A stretch of 64,000 nt of DNA, taken from Takakia lepidozioides. Taxonomy: Eukaryota > Plantae > Bryophyta. Positions 1 through 12,699 of the stretch are shown piece after piece. The notes under the pieces are model-generated. The model ran no database searches, had not been told where the DNA came from, and saw nothing but the letters and a program-made list of their open reading frames with translations. The translations under genes and the position numbers were made by a program. Position 1 is the stretch's first letter. Each line of letters begins with the position of its first letter. The stretch spans positions 29,388,001 to 29,452,000 of the forward strand of contig CM060734.1 of assembly GCA_030704615.1 (NCBI GenBank), read 5' to 3'.

Positions 1-260
1 ACATAGATGTAGCCTCTTGGAGGTTTTGAGGGGTGGCTTGGAGGATGAGGAAGGTGTCATCGACAAACATTGAGTCTTTGAGTTCTGCTGGCTGAGAGGT
101 GTGGTAATTAGTTATGCGGAGATCTCTAATGAGGCGGTTGGATTCAAGCATGTAGCCTAGAGAGTCAGCCACAAAAAGGAAGAGGAAGGGAGCTAGTGTG
201 CAGCCTTGCCTGACAGACCTGTGAGCGGGAATGATGTCGAAAGTTGCCTATTGACAATGA
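1..260 (-). mobile_element. LINE (L1/Tx1-like) reverse transcriptase fragment
   Basis: Minus-strand translation gives RSVRQGCTLAPFLFLFVADSL and MFVDDTFLIL, matching the non-LTR RT motifs QG.PLSP and (Y/F)ADD; continues off the window edge. Confidence 0.75.
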
Positions 261-1085
261 CTCTGCTCGAGGAGTTTTGAAGGAGGATAATAACCCATTT
301 CTTGAAAGATTCTGGGATACCTACCTGGCAAGAGCTCCCATGAGGAATGACCATTCAACCCTATCGAAGGCTTTCTCGAAGTGAAGGAGTTGGAGAGCGA
401 TTGCTTGTTTGGTTTTGAGGGCAAAGTCAGGTATTTCTTGGGCAAGAAGAGGTTGTCCATGATTTCTAATTTGCTTATCAGCTTACCTCCGCTCCCTCTT
501 GAGTCTTTATATTTAGAAGTTGGACAGTAAATGCACTGGGCAGTTGAAGACGTGGCAAAACGTGGGTGGGTCAATGACTATCGCCACAATTTACTGGATT
601 TTCGGGAGCCTGTTCACACGGCACGCAAGAGACATATGGCTGGATTTCTACCACGTCATGGATCCAGGAGGATCGACAGAGCCGTACGCGTGAAGGTCCG
701 TGTCCGAAACCGAGGCTCGGAAAGTTACGATGCGGTGACAAGGTGCCGCGCGTGTGGGGACAAGCTAGGAACTTGTCGCCATCGCACTTTGTTTTCCATC
801 CAACGTTCATCCATTAATTTAGTCATTTATTTGACTAGAAATACTCCCATCCTAGATTCTGGATCTGTCGCAGCAGGAGGCTCGGCAACAATGTGGTTCG
901 GCGTGGTAAAAGAAGGAGGTTCGGTTCACAGCGCGGTCTTCTTGTGGCTCACGCAGCCAGAGCAGTGCGTCATTCGAGCTGTTTTCAGAGAGTGGTCCAT
1001 GGGCGGCAGGGAGGTTATGTGGGTGCTGCAGCTCTGATTCTGTTTCAGAGTTCTGGGACAAACAGGCAGGAGAGAGAGGAGTTGT

Positions 1086-4000
1086 ATGGCCGCCGCAATG
1101 CTTTGTCTGGCAAATCTCCTGGCGCTCGTGTGCCTGGCAGCTGGGGCTGCTGACCACTCTATTGTGGGGTACAGCCCTGACGATCTTGCCTCCGAAGATC
1201 GTCTCTACGAGCTCTTTAATACCTGGGTTAGTGTTCACGGTAAGGAGTATGGTGGGGTAGCGGCCGAGAGGGAGCGACGGTTTGCTATTTTCAAAGAGAA
1301 TCTCCAGTATATAGATGCACACAGGAAGACGGATTCTCCCTTCTGGCTGGGTTTGAACAAGTTCGCGGACATGTCCAATGAGGAGTTCGGACTACACTAC
1401 ACTGGCACGAAGATTGATAAGTCCCGCCGCCTGAAGAGGTCCACTGGATTTCGGTACGCGGACTTTGAAGCCCCCGAATCCATCGACTGGAGAGAGAAGG
1501 GTGCCGTGGCGGAGGTGAAGGATCAAGGCGGCTGCGGTAAGGCTTCTTTGAATGTTCGCGTTTCTCGTTCGGTCTGCTGTGGAGACTTAGAGGGGGGTTT
1601 GGATCTTAAACTGTGACTTTGTCTGACAGCACACGAATTATCCAGAGAAGTTAGCTGAACGAGGTGAGAGCTGCCTAGGCATCGTGAGATTTGAGGACCG
1701 TTTCGATTCGAGGCTTTGAGGACTTGTATCTCAAACAGTAGAGGATAAAAGCGGTTAGAATTGGTGCACTATTTCGGTATGGAGCATATTCCTCCTTAAG
1801 AAGGACTAGGAGACTATCCGCCTTCCAGAAACATAGCACACCTTAACCTTTCAGAACCTCAGGTCTGAAAATAAGGTAAGTTAGTCTCCGTGCAAACAAA
1901 GCCTTGGAATTAAGGCTCTTTTCGAATGGCAGTTGATGGTACTTGTCTAAATAAATGTCAGTAGTGGAGGAACCTGCCTGTGGATGTCCAGGTCGGGCTT
2001 GCCCTCTCCTCTGCCTTGTCTCGCACAGCACAGCTACTTGCATCCAAGATGAAAGGAGACGTTGCTTCCATTAAATCTCGAGCTTCCTACCATAGCAATG
2101 CCTGTTTGTAGCACATGCTTTTCTTGGTGGGTGACAACCATCTCCGACGTGTCCTCTGCCCACTGCATAGGTAGGGAAGCCAGGGCATAGGCAATTAGTA
2201 GAAGGAAGTCGAGAAGAAGAGTATTGACATGGGGCTGGTGTGACTCGAGGTTTAATTTGTGAACGTTGTTGCAGACTTTTTTAGCAGTAGGGTGTATTAT
2301 TCTGTCGAACATCTGGTTGGAGGCCTGCAGATTACTATCACAGTGCCGCACACCTTCGGTCATGTCCAGGAGGAATGTTCTGCATTATGCTAGTCAAAGT
2401 GGGATTACTAACCATTTGGTTGGTTTGGGGTCGGCCCTGAGGTTTTTATCCGAAAGGATACAGCAAGTTCAGTTACTTAAACTCCATGAGGAAGTTGCCA
2501 ACGCACATGTTGGCAGAGAATACAAGACCTGTGGGCTGAGCAGATCTAGTGCCAGGCTTCTAGAATCTGCTGCTCGTCCCTAATTGTGTCCTTCAAGAGG
2601 TATTGTCAAGGCATGTGTTGAGAATTCCGAGTGCCTACAATTGATGGTTTATTTAGGAAATGGTTTTCGTAGTACGAAGGTGGACGCTTTCTTGATCTGT
2701 GTCACAGGAAGCTGCTGGGCATTTTCAACAATTGTATCTGTCGAGGGGATCAATGCAATCAAGACAGGCCAACTCGTGTCACTGTCTGAGCAGGAGCTGG
2801 TGGACTGTGACCGCAGTTACAATGAAGGCTGCAATGGTGGCCTAATGGATTATGCCTTTGAGTTCATCATTAAAAATGGTGGTGTTGACACAGAGAAGGA
2901 CTATCCTTACTCTGGCTATGATGGACGCTGCGACCAGAACAAGGTGTGTAACCAAAGAATACTGACATTTTGAATGGGGATAGATGAAGAAATCAGGCGA
3001 AGGGTAAATATGTATTCTTGTACGTTGATTTCTTTGTTTTGTGGATGACTTACACATCCAGGTTAAATCCGTTTTGTTAGCCATTTTACTGTCCATGAAC
3101 CAAGCTGGATGGGGATTCCATACTGGTGATTCTTCTCTCCCACTTCCCCAAGCTAGTGGGTGAAGACCCATGACTGGCTCAGCGAATATATTTACCGGGG
3201 AGTCAGCCTTCAAGAGCACTTCATAGCAGTGCATGGTCATTTGAGTTCTGTTCTTCCACCCTTGCACTCGGCACCATGTCTCCAGCTAAAGTGGGTCTAA
3301 TCATTGCATCTCTCCGTGTCACAGAAAAATGCTCATGTGGTGACCATCGATGATTATGAGGATGTACCCTACAACGACGAAGCAGCTCTGTTAAAGGCCG
3401 TTGCTAATCACCCAGTCAGTGTTGCTGTTGAAGGTAGCGGGCGCGACTTTCAGTTTTACTCTGGGGTAATGGTCTGTACTGTTAATGTGCTATGCTCGGT
3501 TACAAAGATACATAAGCTGGTTCGCTTGTTTGTTCAAACACTTCCTACACTGCAATGTGAAACTTCTTGCGCTCAAATTTCAATGTTCAGTATTGCGCTT
3601 CAAGGCAATTTGTCTGTGTGTTGGCTTGTGCGAAGGATGGGTCATTCTCAAGCTACCAGCTTCTGGTGATTGCCACGATATTCTGACCCAATTTTCAGGC
3701 CATTGCTTCCAAGTCAGAGTCTATGTCTGACAATTTGTTTTTCTTTGCAAAGTCGATGTTTCTTTTGGGTGTGTATGGTGAGCATTCTGTTGTACTTAGA
3801 GGTGCCCAGTTCTGGAGTGTGCCGATACACCAGATTCTCAGAGTCCGGAACAGCCCTTTTTTTTCATTTCTGCCTGGGCGTGGACAGGGCGAAATTTTCT
3901 TGAGGTTAAGTGCAGAGGTGGCGACATGTACAATGTCCACCTGGATTCTACCTGGCTACAGGTATGCAATATATTGTGCAATATGTTCCCAGGAGACACA

Positions 4001-6388
4001 GCCTTTTATTTTTATTTCTTTAAGGGAAACACCTGGGAGCGACAGCTCACAAATCAGGCCCCTTAATTATAGAGAGAGGAAAAAAAACCTCTTTCAGAGT
4101 AACCTCGCTGTGAAGGTTTTTGCAGGGGACACCACCCAAGGGAAGGGGGAGAAGAACATACCACAGCCCTCAAGGTAGCAGGATTTGACCCCAGAATCAT
4201 CTGGGTGGCACTGAGTGCACTATCCAACTGAGCTACCAACTGTTGGTAGCCCTTTTGGAAGCAGAAACAGGTGGCGCAATCGCGATTCATCTTGGCACAA
4301 TGGGGCGCCAGCCCTTGGATTTAGGGCGCACTGCTCCCCAGTTCCCAGGCGACATGTGTGGGGTCCCCTGGTGCTTTCTGGCACCAGCAGCTGCCCAGGG
4401 AACTGCCACTATGTGGCGAAGTTTTTTTTTTTGCCCCTTTTTTTGCATAGGGGTGTCAAGGGCCAACTTTTTTTGGTGCAATCTGGCTTTTTTTCACCTA
4501 AAAAGGTAGGGCTGGTCCGGAACGTTTACCTTCACCTTTACCCTTACCCTTACTGCTTACCTTGACAGAATCCTGACTGCCACAACTTTCTTTCAAGCAC
4601 TCCCAGTATTTTTCAGGATTCTGTCCTCAATGATCAGCTTTGGCCCATTACCATTTCACATTGTTTAGCGCCGATGCAAGAAATGTAGCTGTTCTTTTGT
4701 ATGATTGCCACCCAAGTTTACATATTTTTGTTTGTGAACAGTTACAAGTAATACTGAAATCTGCAATTGGGATTGGTTTGCTCTAAGAGGTGTGGCAGTT
4801 CATTTGAAGAGGGTTGAATCAGTGTATAATGCCTTACGGCTGCTGTGTAATGGCCAGGCGTGACACTCGGTCTCCTTCATTATTCTGACATGGATGGATG
4901 ATTTCACATTGCCAGGGTGTGTTCACTGGAAGTTGTGGCACAGACCTGGACCATGGAGTGGCAGTGGTTGGCTATGGCTCTGAGGATGGTTTGGACTACT
5001 GGATCGTGAAGAACTCATGGGGAGCTGCCTGGGGTGAGAAGGGCTACCTGCGCATGCAGCGAAATGCAGGGTTTCCGTACGGTATTTGTGGGATCAACAT
5101 TGAACCTTCTTATGCTATCAAGAAAGGGCCCAATCCTCCAAATCCGGGCCCCACCCCTCCCAGCCCCACACCCCCCGAAGTGGTGAGTACTCTTTAGTTC
5201 TACAGACCCAGAGAAATTTCTGTGGGCAATGTTGTTCTTTCTGCTTACACCAGACCTTAGGTCTATGGCTACAAGGCTACAGAAGTACTTATCCATTACC
5301 AGACCAGTGACCAGCGGCTTGCTTGAATGAGACTGGGACTCACTGAACATCATTTTTCTATCCATTAGTGGGACCTAGTGGTCTGGTTCTCTTATTTGAT
5401 TGACCCAAGAGGGCTAATTGTCTGTTTGCTTTTGGTCCCTTAAGCTCTTTAATCTTCTCATGGACGCCATGAAAGTTTCTTTCTTCTATTTCTCCTTGTT
5501 GTCTTACTTAGTTGTTCTACTGTGTTCCGGCCCCTATGGGGACATTAGGAATCAAAATTGTGCTGACCCAGTAGGATAGCCATCAAGTCAACAGGGGTGT
5601 TCACCCCAGAACTAGGTTGCCATCATCTGTATATGAGCACTATGGCAACATCGCCTTCCTCTTGTGAGCACTAACTCCATATGAGTGGCTGGGGAAGAAC
5701 CCAGTGTCGTGAGGTGTAGGTGTCCTTCAAGGGTGTGCCATAGCTAAATCTCCCAGGGAACAAGTCAATTAGGACACTGCTTTCTCTCATTGATTGCTGA
5801 GTGTGAAGTTTAATTGGGAGAGTGCGAAAAAGTTTGGACCTATTGTTGATCTTTAAACTCTTAAAAATTAGCCTTCCGTCACCAGTGTTGATAATATTTG
5901 TATGACTACTTGTTGGTGGTTGACTTGTCCTGGTTTTCCCCGCACTTCAACAGGTTTGTGACACTTGGCGTACTTGCCCATCTGAGAACACCTGCTGTTG
6001 CACATTTCCCATAGGGAAGCAGTGCCTGATATGGGGATGCTGCGCTATGGAATCTGCCTCCTGCTGTTCTGACCACTACCACTGCTGCCCACACGAGTAC
6101 CCAGTCTGCAACTTGTCAGCTGGACTCTGCCTCAAGGTCAGTGTGATCAGCACTAACCTTTTTTGTCCTTTCTTTCCCACCTAATGGTTTTAAGCAGGAG
6201 TCTGTGTGAGAACAGCTTCCACTGCAACGTCTTCTTTGAACTTTAAACCTGGGCTAGATGGAAGTCTCACATGTAACTGTTTGCATCAAATGTTGCAGAG
6301 CTCAAATGATATGACAGGAGTGGCATTGATGAAGAAGAAGCCTGCGCGCCTTTCGCAATCAGATGGGCCGGTAGTCCGCCTCTTTTGA
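1086..6388 (+). CDS. Papain-family (C1A) cysteine protease with C-terminal granulin domain, RD21-like; exons 1086-1536, 2708-2943, 3325-3465, 4916-5182, 5954-6136, 6299-6388
   Basis: Signal peptide, ERFNIN-like prodomain ([11 protein letters not shown]), QGGCGSCWAF (catalytic Cys), LDHGV (His), VKNSWG (Asn), Pro-rich linker and granulin ([16 protein letters not shown]). GT-AG junctions join in frame. Confidence 0.96.
4004..4248 (-). mobile_element. tRNA-derived SINE, family A, in protease intron 3
   Basis: Minus strand starts with a tRNA-like head (TAGCTCAGTTGG A-box, GGGTCAAATCC B-box-like) and ends in an A-rich tail; a homologous copy lies at 57630-57851. Confidence 0.75.
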
Positions 6389-7207
6389 CCGGGTGATATC
6401 CAGCTTAGAATGCCAGCCCCTCCCCCCCCCCCCCCCCTTTATTGAGCAATCTTTGTCAATACACCTGACCTTGGCTGTAGAGGGACGGGCGGGAAAGAGC
6501 GACTGGTCTAGCAATCATGCTCTGTGAATACAGCCCAACCTCTGGTTTGTGGAGACTGTTAAAGAACGGTTAAGATATAAAAAATGGTTAGTATGGGCTC
6601 GGTTTAGAGATTTGTCTGTTAATTAAGGTCGCAATACTTGCAATTGGTAGATTGTGCAACTCCTGTAAAAACTGGAGGAGTGTGAACATGCTAAGAATGT
6701 GCCGATGTAATTCAAGCTGTGGTGTGTACTTTTCTGGACTGAAGGTGATTGTTGTGTATCTCTCCTGTAGGCTCTATATGTGGATGTATAATTCCCATGA
6801 TATCTTTAGCTTATGATTATATCTGAATCAGGATGTTGCACTCAGTTACTTTGGTCAAAAGTCAGAACGGACATAAGTTGTCGCTGTAAAGGATGGGTAT
6901 GTAATTGCACTTGTTCATTGTCGTCTGATTCTTCGGAAGCGACTGGGAACTTCCAGTATGTTTTCTACCCTCACTTTGAATTTTTTTATTGCTCTGAGAA
7001 GGTTTTGCGGAGAGCCACGTCAGACGATGTACAGGGCCTTCTCCCCCCACTAAAAAAGAAAATAAAAATAAACTATGGACCAACAACTCAAAATGCACTG
7101 AATCTATCTGTCGAGGTCATGGTCAGATTGGCCTGGCACTTTGGACGAAGACCAAAAAATTTGGGTGTGGAAAGGATAAAATATAAATTTAAAAAATGGT
7201 GTGACCA

Positions 7208-8005
7208 AAATAAGGGGCCTAGGTTTGAAGGGGGTGTGAGGATTAGAGAATGGTCCAGGAATTAAAAAGTGGGTGATATAGTAAGCTACACCACGACTTG
7301 AATTAGTAACCGTCCTGTAAGGGGGTAAGAAAAAAAATTGCGTAAGAAGGTGTGGCATACCGGTTTCTAGGGCACATAGGCTCATAGATAACCTTCTAGA
7401 AAGGTCCCATTGCGTGAGGATTGGGCAGGTTTCTAGAAGGGTACCCCGTCCTAAGAGTCTAGAAGGGTCCCACTCTGTGAGGATTCGGCGGGCTTCTAGA
7501 AGGGTCCCACAGAGCACATATAAGGGAGAGCCCCTTGCCTAGTACTTACTAATAAGTTACCACTCACTAGTTAATAAGTGGTGGGCTCTGCAGGCGCACG
7601 GCCCCAAAAAAAAAAAACATAAACACGAACAGAGGTTTTGTCTGTCTCTCTCTATGACGCCTCCTGAAGGAAGCGTAACTTATGGAGTCACTTCACCCCG
7701 AAGGGCTACTGCTTTCCGCTAGGAAGATGGACACCTTTGTGATACCAAGGGTGGATTGAACCCACAACCTCTTCCGAGGTGGTATGTGCCCATTACCATT
7801 GGGCTACAACTTGGTTGTCAACTAGAGGTATATTAATTAATAGGGACAGCACAGTAAGCTGAATAAATAAGCCCCCCAGGTTCGAAGTTGGTGTGAAGAT
7901 TAGAGGGTGGTCCAGGAATTAAAAAGCGGGGGTTATAGTATGCTACACTAGGAGTTGAATTAATAACTGCCATGTAAGGGGGTAAAAAAAAAAGATAGGA
8001 AGGTG
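7208..8005. repeat. Diverged ~140-bp direct repeat pair (7208-7350 and 7865-8005)
   Basis: Shared core tggtccaggaattaaaaag...gctacac...ttgaatta...tgtaagggggtaa visible in both copies. Confidence 0.7.
7606..7821 (-). mobile_element. tRNA-derived SINE-like element, family B
   Basis: Minus strand shows TAGCCCAATGGT (A-box) and GGTTCAATCC (B-box), followed by a unique body and a poly-T run. Confidence 0.5.
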
Positions 8006-8636
8006 AGACCTATGAGGGGATGGTTCACGCACTACCGTTACACCAAGTGTACACTCACGTAAGATCAAAAGCCACCACCCTCACTGCCACGGCAGTGTAG
8101 CTTAAATAGTATTAGGTCGTAATCTAATCCTAGTGCCGCGTGACACTTACATATAGGTCAGCCAAATGCCCTTCCAGCATAGCCATAGAAAGAAGCCAGA
8201 TCACCCAGACCCATCCTAATCTAATCCTAAACTAGCTGTTAGAATAAGACAGTACATAATAAAGCCATAAGTTGTTGCCCGCTCATCCCCATGTTCATCC
8301 AGACTTCATCCCGATTCCGTCCATCCCTAAATCATCCGGAGCGCATCCCCCCCTCCATTCATCCAAGTCGAAAAAGCAGGTGAGGAGGAATCCCAGCTCC
8401 ACATACATAAGCCTGCAGGGGCACTAGAAACTACGAGCTCCTGCGAGCGATGAGCTCAGGAAGAACAAAAACTAAGCTTAGCCAAAACAAACTATACACT
8501 CGGCACACAAGGGATGAAAAAACCTAGGGGAAGAAAACCTCGCCCTGCAAGCTGGGCTAAGGACAAAACATCCCCTAGGAAAAACCCCAAATGCTACAAT
8601 TGGTGTAGAAAACTAGCACGTAATTCAAAACTAAAA

Positions 8637-11622
8637 CTACTCTACAGGAGAAGAAGCCATGGCCTGAGCACGAGCTGTTCGAGCTGTAGGTGTGAAGATC
8701 ACCTGGCGGTTCTCAACATTCAAACAGGTTAGATCAAAAGTGATAGTACACGGAACAAGCAATGAGACATGAACAAAACTAGATAAGTGAGGAGTAGAAG
8801 TATGTTGTGAAAGCAATACATACTGTCGGCCAGGAAGGATATCAGTAATCAGGTAAGGGTCATCAATTCTCCGCTTAGCTTTAGAGATTTGCTTACCAGG
8901 CTGAAGCCTTACACAAACAGACTGGCCCACTTTAAAAGATTCAGAATAAACAACCCGACGGTTGTAATTATTGGCCTGAGAGGCCTGAGCAAAGACAATG
9001 TTAGATTTAGCTGTCTTTCTCAAACGATGACGTTTAGCATCCATAGAGAGTAAGAATGCTTCCCAATTCTCAGGCTCAGTGGCAGATACCTGCAACCAGG
9101 AAATATGCAAATGAATCCTACACTTTCTACCATACAAAAGCTCAAAAGGAGAAATCTTGGTACTGGCATGGATAAAGGATCTATAGGCAAACAATAGGAT
9201 AGGCACAACAATGTCCCATTCATCTATGAGTGACCCATTTTTCTCAAGCATCTGGCACATTGTTTTGTTAAAATGCTCAGTCAAGCCATTGCATTGGGGG
9301 TTATAAGCAGTGTTGTACCGGTACATAGGGTATTCCCTGGTATGTGCACAGGTATATGCAATGGTATCAAGGACCCTACCAGCCTGATATCAACCAAGAG
9401 AAATACCCCGGCTATGCACAAGTGGCCCCCAATAAGTCCCAAATTAATACCCTGGCTTCTACCATACATGTATGGTATTCGTTAATATCATACCCTTGTA
9501 GATACCAGTACTCCCCCGTTGGTGTGGCGAAGTCCCTCGAGTATTTGTTGTGTAGCATAGGTGGGGGGGCGCTTCTTCAATGTCCATTGTAGTGGCTATA
9601 AATTTTATTTCAGAGGCTGATTTGGTCAAGGATCATGAAGATGAATTGCAAGAGGCTGGATATATTGATGACTTGAGAGATTAGACTTCTTAGCCTGCTA
9701 CTAATGGGATTGATTCCATCTAAAATTGAATCAAATTCTGCAACCACTCAATTGTTCTAGAGGCACTTACAATTGTATTTATGGTGACTTCAAGAAAATA
9801 CTTTGATTTAAAATATCTACTCAGGAATTTTGGTACAACAAACTTGCTCTTATTATTTTAAGGTCTGCAATGATCTTATCTAATACCAGACCCGGATATA
9901 TGTATCATTGGTATCACCCAAACAACTACTCTATATTTATACCAGATCAAACAAAACTACTCACTTCTATTTATTTATACCAGTCCAGTATCTAATTTTT
10001 TTAAATTAATGTAACACCAGGACCTGCCATATCTCAAATTTAGTCCATAATTCAATACCAGTACTAGTCTGGTATGCCCAAATTTTAATATTGGTACAAC
10101 ACTGGTTATAAGGCGCAGTCACGACGTGTATAGTGTTTAGATTGAACAATACAATCTCCATGAGCTGGTTGCAGAATTTTGTACCTTGATCCGTGAGGAT
10201 CTCAAGAGGGCAATCATGGCGGAGAATCACCTTGTCAAATCATTGCACCACCTCATCACTGTCATTAGCGACCAGAGGTCAGAGCTCAACCCATTTAGTC
10301 AGGTAATCCATAGCAACAACAAGGTATGCATGGCCCTTACACGTAGGTTTGAGGGGTCCAACAAGATCTAAGCCCATCCGGGCAAAAAGCTCAGTAACCG
10401 GGATAGGTTGCAAAGAGAGTGGTGCTTCGGTCCTAGGCAGGATGGTTTTGGCATGACAGGGTACACACCTTGCAATGAAAGCTGAAACGTCCTTAACTAA
10501 ACATTTCCAATGATACTGCTCTTAGAGTCTTTTCACAGTTTTGGTAACCCCCAAATGACCAGCATAAGTAGAAGCATGGTACAATTCTAGCAAGGCAGGT
10601 ACAGCGGACCTAGGAGGGACTTCCACAGCAAGATCACCTTCCAATACATTCCACTCTGAACAACCTCCCTTCACTTTCCCGGTGGGTGGGTCAGTGATAG
10701 TTCACTTGCCTCATGAGGAGTCTGGATATGCCACTAAGCTGGGTGCCGGCTTTGCACCTGTGGAGAAAAGCATCGTAAAGAGGATCATCCATGCCTACAA
10801 CACTCATGGCCACACGACAACAAGTTAGTGTAGGTGAGGAGGAAATGGCAGCCCCCGTGATCTTCCTCTCATTGATCCTGACTTCAATTTTCAGTTGGCT
10901 GCCTATGAGGACGCAAGCAGGCTATGAAGTGCAGCTCAGTCCTTTGGTCGGGAACAAGACAGGTCAATGAGCGAGAGAAACATGATCATGAAAAATGTAA
11001 GGCCAAAGCTAGCCTAGGCTCCAAGTTGCCAACCTACTAACATTGCCAAGTACCAAGCAGGAAATTTAAGGGACATCAAATTGAACTAGATCCCAAGAAT
11101 CCAACAGATCAGGGGGAACATAAGGAAAATCCAGCATATGACATAACGCATAAGGGTCAGTAACAGGTGCAACAACAGAAGTGGAAGTAAGAACATGAAC
11201 CAGATCATCTAGAGTAGTGTAAGGGGCCGGAGTCTTAGTTTCCCCACAAGTCAATGCATCAGCATTAACATTTCTTTGCCTCGCTTGTATGAGATCTGAA
11301 AATCATAACCTTGTAAAATCAGAGCCCATCTAGTCAATCGTCCAGTCAGTTCTCGAGGAGTAAGCAAGGCTTTCAAAGGTAAATGATCTGTCTCGATGGT
11401 GAAGTGGCAACCATGAAGATACTGCCTAAAATATTTAACACCAAAGAAAACTGCCAATCCCTCTTTGTCTGTGATAGAGTACTTCCTTTCATGTTTGTCA
11501 AGACGCCGTGAGGCATAGGCAATCGCATGTTCCTGCCCATCTTGAATTTGACTAAACACAGCAGAGATAACTAAGTCATTAGCATCAGTTTGTAAAAGGA
11601 AAGGAGGTAAAGTCAGGGTAGG
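8637..11622 (-). mobile_element. Degenerate Ty3/Gypsy pol fragment (RNase H and integrase)
   Basis: LQTDAN...AYASR...TDHLPL...LTRWALILQGYDF (RNase H); ILTDQG and AYNPQCNGLTEHFNKT (integrase); many stops; interrupted by a hAT element. Confidence 0.9.
9308..10104. mobile_element. Non-autonomous hAT-type element (797 bp)
   Basis: 12-bp TIR CAGTGTTGTACC at both ends; exact 8-bp TSD GTTATAAG at 9300-9307 and 10105-10112; removal restores the integrase motif TAPYNPQCNG. Confidence 0.9.
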
Positions 11623-12699
11623 CAACCGCTGCGGTTAACGCCAGCGTCCGCCGGTCCGTCTCAACTTTTGGTTATCCAGCGGGTAAAGACCTTGCTCGCA
11701 CGCTTCAGGGCCTCACGCCTGAGCCACGTGGCTGATGTACTTGATCTCAGTATGACTTAAGGTTAGCGCTGGGGCCCCGTTCCCGTACGTCGTGGCTGGG
11801 CCACGGCTGCCTCCACGCTTTTAGTAATCGAGTCCCTACTCTCTAGGCGCAGCACCCGGGCTGCTCGCGACTTTGGGGCAGCTGCTATCAAGCGAAATTA
11901 GCCCGCCTAAACCCCAAGACAAAAAATACAACCCACCCTCCCCTAGGCCTCCATGGCTTGCTAGTGGGGGGGGGGGAATTAGCACATAGTGGCCTTTTAG
12001 TGGCCTTATATCATAGATCCAGCCTACTGGCCTGCCTTTGCCAGAGCTGGCTAAATTTCAAATTAGTAATCAAACACAAAGATTCCTTATTCCAACAATT
12101 CAAATACAAGCCTCTATTGGTGCCTTTCCCAATAGACTATGAGGGTCTTCACTTCTAGACATGAAATAATGGGATTCCACAATGCACTCTCCTCTTTGAA
12201 GAGCCTAAATCAGATTTTCAACTTCAAGCTTTGCTTAGAAAATAAATGAATCACATACACAAATGGTGAAATGGTAAGATGGGATCAACCCTTTCTATGC
12301 GAGAGTGATTGGGATGCTCTAACGACTCAAGTAATGGTACTCTATGCGGCCTCCACTTGGGCTCTCGTCCATAAGTCCATACCAGCCCCTTCTACTCGTC
12401 CTCAAGTCACTTTCCTCCACATGAAATTGCCCTCTTCCTTCACAAATGAAAATGGCTCAAAGGCCCACAAGCTAGGCCATTTGCCTTAGCTTACAAGAAT
12501 CCTACCTAACTAGGGAGCTTCAAGCTCCACTCCCTAGGATCTAGCCCCTCCTCAAGCCAAAACTATCAAGCACTACAACAAGAAGCAAGAGGAAACTAAG
12601 CAAATGAGCTAGATGAAGAACAAGAGAAGCCTTGCCCCTCTTTTATACTGTTGTTGGGTCTAATAGACTAATGGAAAATATTCATTAAACTATTGTTTC

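Noticed and set aside
4175-4248. Functional tRNA gene
   Set aside because: Only A/B-box similarity; no convincing cloverleaf, and it is attached to a repeated body and tail, so it is a SINE head.
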